Shown one piece after another: positions 25,051-37,700 of a stretch of 64,000 nucleotides of DNA. Position 1 is the first letter of the stretch; each line of letters starts with the position of its first letter. Location of the stretch: positions 9,114,001 to 9,178,000 of the forward strand of contig NC_047071.1 in assembly GCF_902459465.1 (NCBI RefSeq), written 5' to 3'. Under the pieces are notes generated by a model. The model was not told where the DNA came from. It did not search any database and worked only from the letters and a program-made list of their open reading frames with translations. This DNA is from Asterias rubens (taxonomy: Eukaryota). The position numbers and the translations under genes are program-made.

Positions 25051-28000
25051 TTATTAGGTGTTCGGCCAACAGCCGAACAACTATTGTTATTGTTCTGTTT
25101 TTTTTTTTTTTTTCCTCGCGTTCTTCTTTCCCTGCGAACCTTCTCCAGCAATTTTAAACAAAAGTAAAGCTTGTACAAACTTAAAACTTACTATGTACAT
25201 AGGCAATAGTGAGTAGACGAAACCGCCACTTTTTGGGAATGATGACGTCATTGATGACGTCATGGCAAGGTTTTTAAAGTTGAAAAACGACATTTGCTTT
25301 TCGCTGTATCTCAACGAATATCAATGCTATGATGTTCATACTTGGGCATCAGATAGATAAAGACTTGGACAACATTTGAAAAGTTAACGCCAAAATCGTA
25401 TGACCTTAACTTCCGGTCGGTACCCTGGGTCAAAGTTCGCCTTCGCATTTTTTCATCAAAAAAACAACTTTTGAGCTTTAAAACAAAAGTAAAGCTTGTA
25501 CAAACTTAAAACTTACTATGTACATAGGTTATAGTGATTAGATGAAACCGCCACTTTTTTGGAATGATGACGTCAATGATGACGTCATGACAGGGTTTTT
25601 AATGTTCAAAAATGATCTTTTGCTTGTTGCTGTATCTCAACGATTATAACAGCTATGATGTTCATACTTAGGCATCAGATAGTTTAAGACTTACACAACA
25701 TTTGAAAAGTTAACGCCAAAATCGTACGACCTTAACTTCCGGGTCGTTACCCTGGGTCAAAGTTCGCCTTCGTGTTTTTTTATTCGTGTTTTTTCATCAA
25801 AAAACAACTTTTGAGCTTTTAAACAAAAGTTAAGCTTGTATAAACTTAAAACTTACTATGTACATAGGCACCAGTGAGTAGATGAAACCGCCACTTTTTT
25901 GGAATGATGACGTCATTGATGACGTCATGGCAAGGTTTTTAAAGTTGAAAAACGACATTTGCTTTTCGCTGTATCTCAACGAATATTAATGCTATGATGT
26001 TCATACTTGGGCATCACATAGATAAAGACTTGTACAACATTTGAAAAGTTAACGCCAAAATCGTATGATCTCATCTTCCGGTCGTACCGGAAGGTCAAAC
26101 TCTGCCTTTGTGTTTTTTGTGTTTTTTGTGAAAAAAGACAATTTGTTGTCATAACTCAAGATTGATATGGAATTTAACATTGAAACTCATCAGACAATTG
26201 AACCTTAATAATAAGACCACACAAACTTAATGATGTCATGATGACGTCATCAGGTTTTGAATTACAACAAATCAAAGTTAAATATTTTAAAGAAATCATA
26301 ACTCCTGAACCACATGGTGGATTTTGACAATCTACATATCATCGGACAGGTCGATCAAACTTCAAAAAACGCTACACACAAAATGACCCCATTTGACCTT
26401 GACTTCCGGTTCAAACCAAAAGTTGAACAATTTTACAATTTTTGATCTCTAAAACTACGTAACATTTCAACATAAATTTTGCATCCCGTTATAGATGAGT
26501 GATCCTGCTAAAACTTTCCCACAGAGATGATACCAATTTGACCTGAAACTCTGGTCGAAATCGGACGATAAAGCCCACGGATGTGTTGACCCGCGTGATA
26601 ACTGCGTACACTGCAAAAGCGCTTTGGCTGGCCGTTCCGCTCCATTGATCACACCTTTATCAGTCCACGAGGCCTGTGTGTTCTGCTTGGAATAGTGCAT
26701 CGTTTGACTGTACGCGTGATTTCCATTCATGTTTTGACAAGTCTCAGGTCATTGTACTTACAACGTAGCGCTAGTTTAATGGTGTACCAACATTTTACAA
26801 TTGAAGTCCGCTCATATCATATTCGGCGTCAAATTGTTCCCCTGTTCGCCCTTCTCATGGCTTAATTATCAAAACGGAATTAAAGACGAAGCTTCGCTGA
26901 GATGGCCACCTACTTCAGTGATACGTATGACTTTTAATTATGTGAGAAAATGCAACCAGAAAAAGACAAACATTGGTTATGTTTTGATCAAACACCGGGA
27001 GCCGGATTCGTGACATCGACTCGTGAAGGGTGTTTCTATCCGGCACTCACGGCAGTGTTTAGCGCGCTACACGGTAAAGCTTTGTGTACAAATTATTGCT
27101 TTTCAAAATAAGTGTTTATTTAATGCCTAACAAAATCTAACGTGCATCCCAGTTATCGTAGTTGTATCTGTTCCCGTGTCGTACACTTGCGAAACCTCTG
27201 TAATACTTAATAAATAAGTCTTTTACAGTTATTTACTTCACAAGTCTAAAATTAGTAAACTGTTGTTTCGTATAAAGTTTCCCCAAATCCAGTTAACCTT
27301 TTAAGAAGTTTACTCTTGAGTTAAACATCACAAGGATCACAAAACCTTCAAACTTTGCACATAGTTAGCTCTTTACTAATAAAATACATCGCTTTAACAA
27401 GTATTAAACTTAGCATTTGTTTTCTGTGCAAAGAAAGGTATAAATGTAATAGATTTACACTTTTACTTTCTGTGAAAATTAAAAAGCTATCAACAATCTG
27501 TTCATAGATTTAATTTTCCTCGTGTTCTTCTTTACCTCTGAACCTTCCCAAGCAATTTTAAACAAAAGTTAAGCTTGTATAAACTTAAAACTTACTATGT
27601 ACATAGGCACCAGTGAGTTGATGAAACCGCCACTTTTTTAGAATGATGACGTCATGACAGGGTTTTTAATGTTAAAAAATGACCATTTGCTTGTTGCTGT
27701 ATCTCAACGAATATAAAAGCTATGATGTTCATACTTGGGCATCGGATAGATAAAGACTTGGACAACATTTGAAAAGTTAACGTCAAAATCGTACCACCTT
27801 AACTTCCGGGTCGTTACCCTGGGTCAAAGTTCGCCTTCGTGTTTTTTTCATAAAAAAAAAACTTTTGAGCTTATCTACGGCATAACTCAAGATTGAGATC
27901 GATTTGAACCTTGAAACTCAATAGATAGTTGAACCTTAGTATTTTTAAGACAACACAGGCCTAATTACGTCATAATGACGTCATCAGGTATTGAATAACA

Positions 28001-28340
28001 ATAAAATGTGTAAAAATCATATGGCGCGAAAGTTTTGGGGGGAATTCCCAACAGCGCTCTCTTTTTGCCCACCAAAGAGGGCGCTGTTGATTATCAAATC
28101 TGTGTACAGCATCAAGTGCAGGGGTGAGCTAGATTTTTAAAGGGCTTTCATAAGTTGCATACAAAAAACTTATGCCAATCTCACACAAACATATTGCATT
28201 TGTGAAGAAACAAGGCGTTCAAAAGTGTGATACAAGTTTAACTATAAAATAACGACACATTGTATAAAAAACATCTTTATGGTTCAATGTTTTTGAACTA
28301 CGTCATCACGTAACGTCCAACCGAACACCGTGTTCTTGTA
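25051..28340. mobile_element. Helentron/DINE-1-like (HINE) non-autonomous element with internal tandem repeats, nested in a family A MITE
   Basis: Inverted sub-terminal motif ggtgttcgg (25057) / ccgaacacc (28321) and a short hairpin gttcgg-ccaacag-ccgaac. Three tandem 325-340 bp units start near 25155, 25479 and 25819, with a fourth near 27556. Family A sequence stops at 25050 and resumes at about 28365-28500. The HINE label is inferred from architecture. Confidence 0.6.
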
Positions 28341-28882
28341 ATTAACAAAAAACACCATGTCTAGTTTCATTATTATCTCGCAACTTCGACGACCAATTGA
28401 GCTGAAATTTTCACAGGTTTGTTATTTAATGCATATGTTGAGATACAGCAAGTGAGAAGACTGGTCTTTGACAGTTACCAATGGTGTCCAGTGTCTTTAA
28501 TGATGATGGTGGTCAAAGTAATAACTGCGAGCTTTACGATCAGTTAAGTTTAAACGACACATTAACATTTTGCACCTGTTTTACACTTTCCTTTGAAAAT
28601 TATGCTGTTTTGTAAATTGTGAACAGTTCAGACGTAAATTGGTGCTTCCTCTACTAGCATCACACCCCATTCCGGCGGCATTTGAAGCGCGTGCCCCGCC
28701 ACGAGCAATCTGACTGTTTTATTAACTCCACACAAACCATCAACGAATTAAAAGTAATTTCCTCTCGCTCAAAAATAGATCAGGTACACATTCTAAAATA
28801 GATTCTGGAAGGACTTGTGGCTTACCTCTGGTCAAGAGCCTTAACTTGCTGAGTCATGTTTCACTTTTGTAAAAAAAAAAAC

Positions 28883-29160
28883 TTTACCAGTGAGTTCGGT
28901 CCAGCCATTCAGTTTGTCGTGCATTGCTAAGAGTAATAACTTGACCTCGTGGCACTCCATGATAATGAGTACACGATGAGGCTTGAACCCATTGTTCCAT
29001 GCACATCATTTAATAAAGTGCTTAAGGCACAGTTTCCAAGGTAGCAGCTTCGGTTGCAATCCATGACATTCGAATTTGTTCACTTTTCCCGTACTCTCTT
29101 TATGATACTTTTGAAAATCGCTAATCTTCTATCCATCGAATAGTCTGGAGTGACTTCTTT
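28883..29160 (-). pseudogene. Possible decayed pogo/Tigger-like DDE transposase remnant
   Basis: One minus frame reads WKLCLKHFIK*CAWNNGFKPHRVLIIMECHEVKLLLLAM, resembling my recollection of the DDE_1 pattern W-KHFIK...P(R)VLLI(L/M)DGH; stops and frameshifts present. Judged by eye only. Confidence 0.3.
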
Positions 29161-30384
29161 TAAAATAATAAATTATAGCAGTTGCTGACCACCATCGTAA
29201 ACTGTTTTGTTTAAAGTTTACTCGGCAAATTGCGTCACACCTGCATCAAGCAAGAGATACGGGTGGCAAGCTGTGTAAGACGTGCACTTTTTGATGCAGT
29301 TGAAAAGGGATACACAACCCCGGATGGTAGGATGACAAACCGTTGACCTTGAAACCAACATTATTTTAATCATTTACAAACGTATTTTTATGACATTGTT
29401 TTACTCATTTCTCAAAAACTACAGCACCTCAGTAAGTAACATTTGAAGGGAAGCTTTCCACTCTCATTATCTTCAAACCCTGTAAGTTTAATGTAAATCT
29501 TTGGACATTTTGAAAAAGTACCCAAATCCTTTAAACACATCATGATGTGATAGGGTGCCTTATCACCCAAAGGGTGAAATACATGGGACATGAGAAAAAA
29601 AAAAAAAAAAAAATGGTCACCTATGAGTTCCCATTGTGTTTGTTGAACGAAGTATTTCATTGTTCACTTGAATTTGAAAACAATAAAATAATCCACATTG
29701 GCAACAATCCATAATAAATATGGTGAAACTGCCATGTTCTAGAAACACAATTTCATAAACTCACCAACGACCTTCTGCCGAGCACATTTGCTTCCAAGTC
29801 CTTATTACGAACACACGCGCAATTGTTAAAAAAAAATGCACATTGGTACACTATAAACCTGAAAACGGACATTCGAAATATTCAATTTTAATAAATTATA
29901 TAAAGACCAGCAAATGTGTAATATTGTTATACAAATACTAATAAGCAAAAAAACAGTCAATTAAAAAAAACAAGTGTAACAAAATGAACAATTTATTTGA
30001 GAATGTCTTTTTTAGTGGAACTTAAATGTATACATTATTACAACGTCTTGCTGATGTAAACTGATGGTTATACAAATCGGCAAGTTCAGTGACCTGTTGG
30101 CCTGAAGATACAACTAAAGAAAGTGCCTGGTTTTGCATGCATGGGAACAAACCTCGACTTTGGAAATAACATGCAACGCCTAAGGGACTTAAAACACAAC
30201 CCGACTGGACACACCCAGGCTGGACTCGAACAGCGGTCAACGGTGGAAGATACCTTTATGACTCAAACTGAATACAATCATTCATGCACATTAGTAGGCG
30301 TGGATCTTTTAGGAAACAAAGTCTAGACGTTTTACCTTCTCGAATGTAAGACGATGGCACAGCGTTTAGGAACAGGACAACTTG

Positions 30385-30690
30385 TGTAGTTTTCAAAGAC
30401 CAGTCTTCTGACTTGGTGTATACTAGCATTATGCGTACATAATTACAAACCTCTGAAAATTTGGACTCAACTTGGTATTGAAGTTGCAGAAGAGGAATAT
30501 AAGAAAGAAAACAAAACTTATCGTGCAACTGTGTGTGCTATCGATTGAATGCATAGACGATGCTTGATTGAGAAGTTACATCTTTCTCAAAAACTTGGTA
30601 CTTCAGAGGAAGCAGTTTCTCACAATGTTTTACTATATCAACAGCTCTTCATTGCTCGTTACCAAGTGAGGTTTTATGCTAACAATTGTT
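30385..30690. mobile_element. MITE family A, partial copy
   Basis: caaagaccagtcttctgacttggtg ... gctcgttaccaagtgaggttttatgctaac matches the other copies. Confidence 0.65.
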
Positions 30691-32140
30691 TTGAGTCCAT
30701 TGTCTTTGAATGGGTTGTTGGCGTCTCTAACGCAGCGGCTTCAGGTTTGTTTCCGGTGTTGGAGTATGTGTCGTGCTCGGTACCACGTTCTCGAGTACCA
30801 CGGCCAGTTCTGTTTAAATGGCACTCGAACTCATGCTCCGTAAAAATACCCGAACACCACTCGCTATTTTGAAGTCAGAAAACCCTCAACGGAGAACTCA
30901 CGCACATTTTTGGACTGAAACACCCAACCTATTATAGGGAGGCTCCGGTCTATGGCGAGATTCAAACCGGGGTCCAAAGAGATGTATCCGACACCAAAGT
31001 GCTGTTTTGGTGGAACTTGTACTCGTGCTTGTTAAAACGGACCGTTTTCTTGTGTTTCCATTTTACTTTAATGCAAACATGTTTTAATGGCCTGACTTTT
31101 CGACCCTTGCAAAGTCTTTCTCGGGTCATTATACCACAGGTCCTTCTGTTGGCAAGCATTTTGCATTTTATTTTCTCTTTTAAACTTAATTTATGTTAAT
31201 TTTATTTTGGAGTACATCATGAAGTCATCAGTTTAAACAAGGCGTGAAAGAGCAACCCTTATACAGACCATAGTTTAAATTTAGATGTCACCATCACGAA
31301 AAATGCAATGCTTTCACGAAGTCTAAAAATAAACACCAAGCTGTTCAAACGTATGTTACAATAACCAGTTAATGTCAAGAAGTGCGGAAACAGTACATGT
31401 TTTAATTATCTAACTCGTTAAAAAGGGGGAAGTTTGAGCCATGTTCGCCAAGGGACAGCTCTAAGGTTTGTACCGGATCAATCTAAATGCCATAGAAAAC
31501 GAAACAAAGTATCCTAAGACGCCGGAGCATGTTGAGATTGATATAAGCTGGGTATAAATAGACACTCCTGTATCACTGCCAAATAAAGAGACCTGCCGTT
31601 GCAAAGGATTATGGTGGGGTTGATGGATGGGGGGGGGGGGTAAAGGGGTCGCCAAGAGTACAGGAAGTTAGGAACATTTGACGAAATTAGTTCGAAACAT
31701 ACTTCCAACCTCCCCTTGGCAAACGGTGATATAATAATATTAAAATAGGGTAGGCCCTCATCGTCTATTTTTTTGTAATTACTCATAAAAAATGAACGAC
31801 ATTTAAAACGCATGGTTAAGACTAAAGGAGAGCTGTTGACAATATTAAACATGGCTAGAAGCGACATCTTTTGAAGAAATAATTTTAGAAAAAGAAGTAA
31901 GTTTTTAACGCCATAATTGAATATTAGAAAGGCTTCGGGCGTGAAAGTCTTTGCCATGCATCTGCAAGCACACAGCAACAAGGATGTTTTTTCGTTCACG
32001 CGTTCTTGCAACGTCGTTGAGTAATCGAATGTTTAATTTTAAGTGCGTTTTAGGCGAAATTCGTATCTGCCTTAATAGAAACATGTCATATTTTAACTTT
32101 ATTTAAAAATAGATCATCATTGAATCAAAATGAAACCGGC

Positions 32141-32509
32141 TTAAAAGCAGGGACACTATTGGTAGTTACTCAACATACTTAATAGCATACAGCCTAACTT
32201 GGTTACGAGTAATGGGAGAGGTTGATAGTATTAAATATTGTGTGAAACGGCTCCCTCTGAAGTGAAGTAGTTTTCCACGAATTTGATTTCGAGACCACAA
32301 GTCTAGAATTTGAGGTCCCAAAATCAAGCATCTGAAAGCACACAACTTCGTGCGACAAGGGTGTTTTTTTTCTTTCATAGTTATCTCGCAACTCCGACAA
32401 CCAATCGAGCTCAAATTTTCACAGGTTTGTTATTGTATGCATAATGTTGAGATACATAAAGTGAGAAGACTGGTCTTTGACATTTTCCAATAGTGTCAAC
32501 TGGCTTTAA
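32141..32509. mobile_element. MITE family A, full copy
   Basis: ttaa-aagcagggacactattggtagttactc ... ccaatagtgtcaactggct-ttaa. Confidence 0.8.
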
Positions 32510-32712
32510 TAGAAACATGTCATATTTAGCATCACTTGTTACCTATTGAAGTTGGGTTGATTTCAAGTCATACGCGTGTGTGTTTGGTGATGGGGCTGTG
32601 CTGGGGTAGCATGATGAGTGGGTGAGGGGGGGGGGGGTAGTCACTATAGCTATGAAACAAATGAAACTTTATTTAAAAATAGATCAACCAATGAATAAAA
32701 ATGCAACTCGTC

Positions 32713-33108
32713 TTAAAGGAACACGTTGCCTTGGATCGGACGAGTTGGTCTATAAAAAGCGTTTGAAACCGTTTGTTATGAGATGCATAATTATGGTTAG
32801 AAAGATGTTTTAAAAGAAGAATATAATGATCCACACAAGTATCATTCAAAACTGTACGGTTTACTTTGTACGTCGCGAACTATCACGGTCGGCCATTTAT
32901 GGGAGTCAAAAATGTTGACTCCCATAAATGGCCGACCGTGTTATTGGACGAGGTACAAAGAAAACCACGCAATTTCGAGGCATATTTGTGTAGATCATTG
33001 TAGTCTACTTTTACAACATCTTTCGAACCATATGCATTTTATAACAAACGGTTACAGAACGCTTTTCAAATACCAACTCGACCGATCCAAGGCAACGTGT
33101 TTCTTTAA
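32713..33108. mobile_element. MITE family C, full copy
   Basis: ttaa-aggaacacgttgccttggatcgg ... ccgatccaaggcaacgtgtttct-ttaa. Confidence 0.85.
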
Positions 33109-34672
33109 CGACATGTGAAGTTCTCCGTTTTTTAAGGACCTAAAACAAAAATCGAAGCAACAGCTTACCACCCAATGAACTTCGGCTTAAATAATGTTTG
33201 CATTAATTATTAAACCCTGTTCATTGTTTCCGCAATTAGTTTTACATCTGTTCGGATGTCTAAGTTGGAACGCTCATGGGGAGTCATTCTCACATCATGA
33301 CCCGATCATAATCTGATTGATTACTAATGACATTGATTTGGTATCTTCTGTCCGATCATGCTCGGAATGACGCCATCACACCACGTTGTCTTTGAAGACA
33401 GATATCGGCCAATAGGTCAATGCTATAATTAAACCTTGGCGGCCATTGGGGTAGAAGGCACCCATCACAACAATAGCATAGTGTATCCCTGGTCTACCAT
33501 AGTTATTTTAATATTGTGTAGAAGTTGTTTTCTCCACACTCTCAAATACTCCAGCAACCTATTTCACGAAACGCTATGGTTAATCCCATCTCGAGTTAGG
33601 GCTTCCTAACTTTGGGTGTAAACATACGACTATGATTACCAAACTAAACCTGTCCGAAGTTAGAAAAAGAGTTTTGGTGAAATCGACTCCTGGACAGAGT
33701 TGACCTGGATCCGGGTCCCGTGGGGCCTGACCCATTTTTTGTCAGAGTGAGTCAAACATAGACACAATTCAAAATTAAAACTTTTCGGGGTAAGCCTGAC
33801 CCAAAAATGAGTCAAGCCCCTGGGATGAGGATTTCGGGTCAATTCTGATCCTTTTTCTGTTTAAGGCAGATGTACATCCAAAAGCCGTTTGTTTTGTCCC
33901 ATTTAAATACAAAAAGTCTACATGGCATTCGTCTACACCAGTCGAGGTTGAAACAAACAAGAAGTAGACAAGAACTTGACGACGAAATTAGGTTTCCAAT
34001 ACTTGTACCCATTCATTCTAGCAATCTGATGAGCATTTACAAATTCTGTCCACAATGTTTCATGCAGCAGATATTCTCGTTGTTTCATTCATTAAATATG
34101 GTATTTTAAAACAGACAACATTTGTTCATCAACTGTTCCAGCCAGGAAACACCCTGATAAATGAGGTACAAATTAGTCACCGCTAAAAACGACACATCCA
34201 AACTATTTCTCCATTTCATATTAGAACACCACTCCTGTATCATTCCAGTTGTCGGAAGCAATTACAATCGCTCAGCAAATCCCCAAGTTTCAATTAATTA
34301 CCACCTGCTAAACCTGGATATGACAAGATACACGAAATTTCAAACTAACGGGTCAAGCTTGCCTTGCTTAAGATAAAAAGGATATTCCACAAAGGGAAAA
34401 AAAATAACTGCTGGCACGAGTTTAAGACGAGTCATTCCTTGACCTTCAAAAGGATAGATTGTGAATCACGCGTCTGTGGCTCACGATCAAGTATTACACT
34501 GTAAAAAAAAAAACGTAGAACGGAAGACAGGCGAAGCAAGCTTGGTGCCTTGGTGTTGTCATACTTTGCGTTCCTTCTTTAGAACACAAACCTCTGTATC
34601 AAGCTAGCAATTAGCTTTAAAGACAGGGACAGTGTACGGGCTCATGTCTTCTTACTTTAAGCATTGACATTG

Positions 34673-34679
34673 TATAAAA
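34673..34679 (+). promoter_or_regulatory. Candidate TATA box for gene 4
   Basis: TATAAAA about 35 nt upstream of ATG 34710, which would imply a very short 5' UTR. Confidence 0.3.
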
Positions 34680-34709
34680 AAAGAACTCGGGCGAATCATA
34701 AAGCCCAAG

Positions 34710-37700
34710 ATGGCGGCGATTTGGTTGCTGAAGTTGTTCCTTGTCTGCAGTCTGGCGTCTGGTAAGAGACATGATACATTTTTGTTGCCTTTTTTTAATG
34801 TTGATTGTGATTTTTTTGTAGAAATTTGTGAAAGGTATTAATTGAGTGGGCGACTTTAGGTTGATGCATAATGAAAATGGGACACCTGTTACTGGCAGGG
34901 TTGTTCTTACTCCCCGGATAGGTATGTTGTTGGGAAACAATGCACAAGTTTTTTCTTTATGAGGGAACTTTAAGCCATTGGACCCTTTCGGTACAGAAAA
35001 AAACAAAAAAAGTTCACAGATTTACAAATCATTTACAGGGTTTACAGAAGGTAATGGTGAAAGACTTCTCTTGAAATATTAGTCCATGTAATGCTTTACT
35101 TTTTGAGAAAACGGTAAAACAATATAAATTCTCGTTAGCGAGAATTACGGATTTCTTTTAAACACATGTCATGACACGGCGGAACGCGCGGAAACAAACG
35201 TGGGTTTTCCCGTTATTTTCTCCCGACTCCGATGACCGATTGAGCCTAAATTTTCACAGGTTTGTTGTTTTATATATAAGTTTCTACTTTTCTACTTTTC
35301 AAGCGTCGTCGTATTTTTTTCCCAGTATTTTTGTAGATATTTTAATTTGATTTTTGAGGTTGAACAAAGAGTTGACTATAGTGGGATTCGAACCAATGCT
35401 CTACCAACTGAGCTATCTAGCCCTATATTGGCAGTGTCCCTATTTTGTCAATATCTTTGTTCGGGGGTGCCCGTGTTTTAACTTGCAAACAATAGTTAAT
35501 GGCCTCACGTTTCGACCCTAGCAGAGTCTTTCTCGAAGGCTAAATGATATTTTAACTTGTGATAACTTCATGACTGTGATCTTGACCTTCTAAGTTGATT
35601 GTGTACTGGACATTTTTTTTTTTTCAAAATAGTGTTATCAAATTCAAGGTAACTATACTTTGCTAACTATACATAAACTTATGTGTCGCGAGTGGATGGT
35701 CGTACAGGTTACTTTGATGCTATGTTGTATTAATGTTGGCGATAGTTTTTATTTTGTCTCTTGGGGTAGATGTGGGTGATTTTTTTTTTTTAGAAGTCTT
35801 GAAAAGGGGAGTTTTATTGGTGAAAGTCACTTCACAATACTTTTTTTTAGTTCGTGTTTATTTATTTATTTTGTTTTATTCATTTAATTACAGTCCCAAC
35901 AGCAGGCTCAAATGACAACCTCGGGCCACCCACCCCTTCACCAGGAAGAACTCACAGCTTTAGTGTGCCGGTCGGAAGTATAATAAACACAGAGAAAGGC
36001 TTTCTACCAAGAGGTCCTACTATAACATTTCCTAATGGTAACGCTGGTGGCGCTCAACCGACCACACCATTCATTTTGCCGACTGTGAGGTCAAGTGTCA
36101 CAAACGGACCGCTGGTAGATACAGAACCAGTCGGACGTGCTGGTGTAACACAAAAAGGCGGGAACGCGGGGACAAATGGCGCAACTGACACTGGAATGTC
36201 AAAAGGTGGCGCTATAATCCCAGCAGGGAACCCAAATACCCCAAACGTTGGAGTAGCTCCGGACTCAGGGGTTACAGGGACGGGGACAACGAACACACAA
36301 CCAGGTGGTGGAACAGCAGCCGGAGTTCCGGATCCCGGGGTTAACGGAAACCCTGGCACAGGTACCTCTACTAATAATCCGGGTGTTAATTATCCGAGTG
36401 GTGGAACAACAAATGGAGCGTCTGGTACAAGCTTGAACGGACACCCTAAATCAGGAACGTCAAACACAAATCCAAGTGGTGGATCAGCAGCCGGAGTTCC
36501 GGATCCTGGGGTTAACGGAAGCCCTGGTTCGGGGACCTCTAGCAATAATCCGGGTGTAAATAATCTGAGTGGTGGAACAACGAATGGAGCTTCGGGTACA
36601 GGCGTGAACGGAAATCCTAAATCAGGAACGTCAATCACAAATCCAAGTGGTGGAACAGCAGCTGGAGTTCCAGATCCTGGGGTTAACGGAAACCCTGGTG
36701 CCGGGACCCCTAGCAAAAATCCGGGTGTAAATAATCCGAGTGGTGGAACAACGAATGGAACTTCGGGTACAGGCGTGAACGGAAATACGACAAACACAAA
36801 TCCAAGTGGTGGAACAGCAGCTGGAGTTCCAGATCCTGGGGTTAACGGAAACCCTGGCGGGGGAACCTCTAGCAATAGTCCGGGTGTAAATAATCCGAGT
36901 GGTGGAACAACGAATGGAACGTCGGGTACAGGCGTGAACGGAAATACGACAAACACAAATCCAAGTGGTGGAACAGCAGCTGGAGTTCCAGATCCTGGGG
37001 TTAACGTAAACCCTGGCGGGGGAACCTCTAGCAATAATCCGGGTGTAAATAATCCGAGTGGTGGAACAACGAATGGAACGTCGGGTACAGGCGTGAACGG
37101 AAATACGACAAACACAAATCCAAGTGGTGGAACAGCAGCTGGAGTTCCAGATCCTGGGGTTAACGGAAACCCTGGTGCAGGGACCCCTAGCAATAATCCG
37201 GGTGTAAATAATCCGAGTGGTGGAACAACAAATGGAGCGTCTGGTACAGGCTTGAACGGAAACCCTAAATCAGGAACGTCAAACACAAATCCAAGTGGTG
37301 GATCAGCAGCCGGAGTTCCGGATCCTGGGGTTAACGGAAGCCCTGGTTCGGGGACCTCTAGCAATAATCCGGGTGTAAATAATCTGAGTGGTGGAACAAC
37401 GAATGGAGCTTCGGGTACAGGCGTGAACGGAAATCCTAAATCAGGAACGTCAATCACAAATCCAAGTGGTGGAACAGCAGCTGGAGTTCCAGATCCTGGG
37501 GTTAACGGAAACCCTGGTGCCGGGACCCCTAGCAAAAATCCGGGTGTAAATAATCCGAGGGGTGGAACAACGAATGGAACTTCGGGTACAGGCGTGAACG
37601 GAAATACGACAAACACAAATCCAAGTGGTGGAACAGCAGCTGGAGTTCCAGATCCTGGGGTTAACGGAAACCCTGGCGGGGGAACCTCTAGCAATAGTCC

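Noticed and set aside
25155-26150. CRISPR-like or regularly spaced repeat array
   Set aside because: Units are about 330-bp tandem copies with no unique spacers, in eukaryotic DNA with no cas genes.
31514-32011. 165-aa minus-strand ORF
   Set aside because: AT-rich, crosses a homopolymer tract, no recognisable motif or convincing splice sites.
32166-32414. Short ORFs recurring in MITEs (e.g. KLCAFRCL..., KGTRCLRS...)
   Set aside because: They are translations of non-coding repeat family A and C interiors, not transposases.
35854-35893. ORF-track N-termini of the long ORFs (35854, 49581, 56762, 62607, 13494)
   Set aside because: These extensions run through polypyrimidine tracts upstream of clear acceptors, so they are intronic; real starts lie in upstream leader exons.
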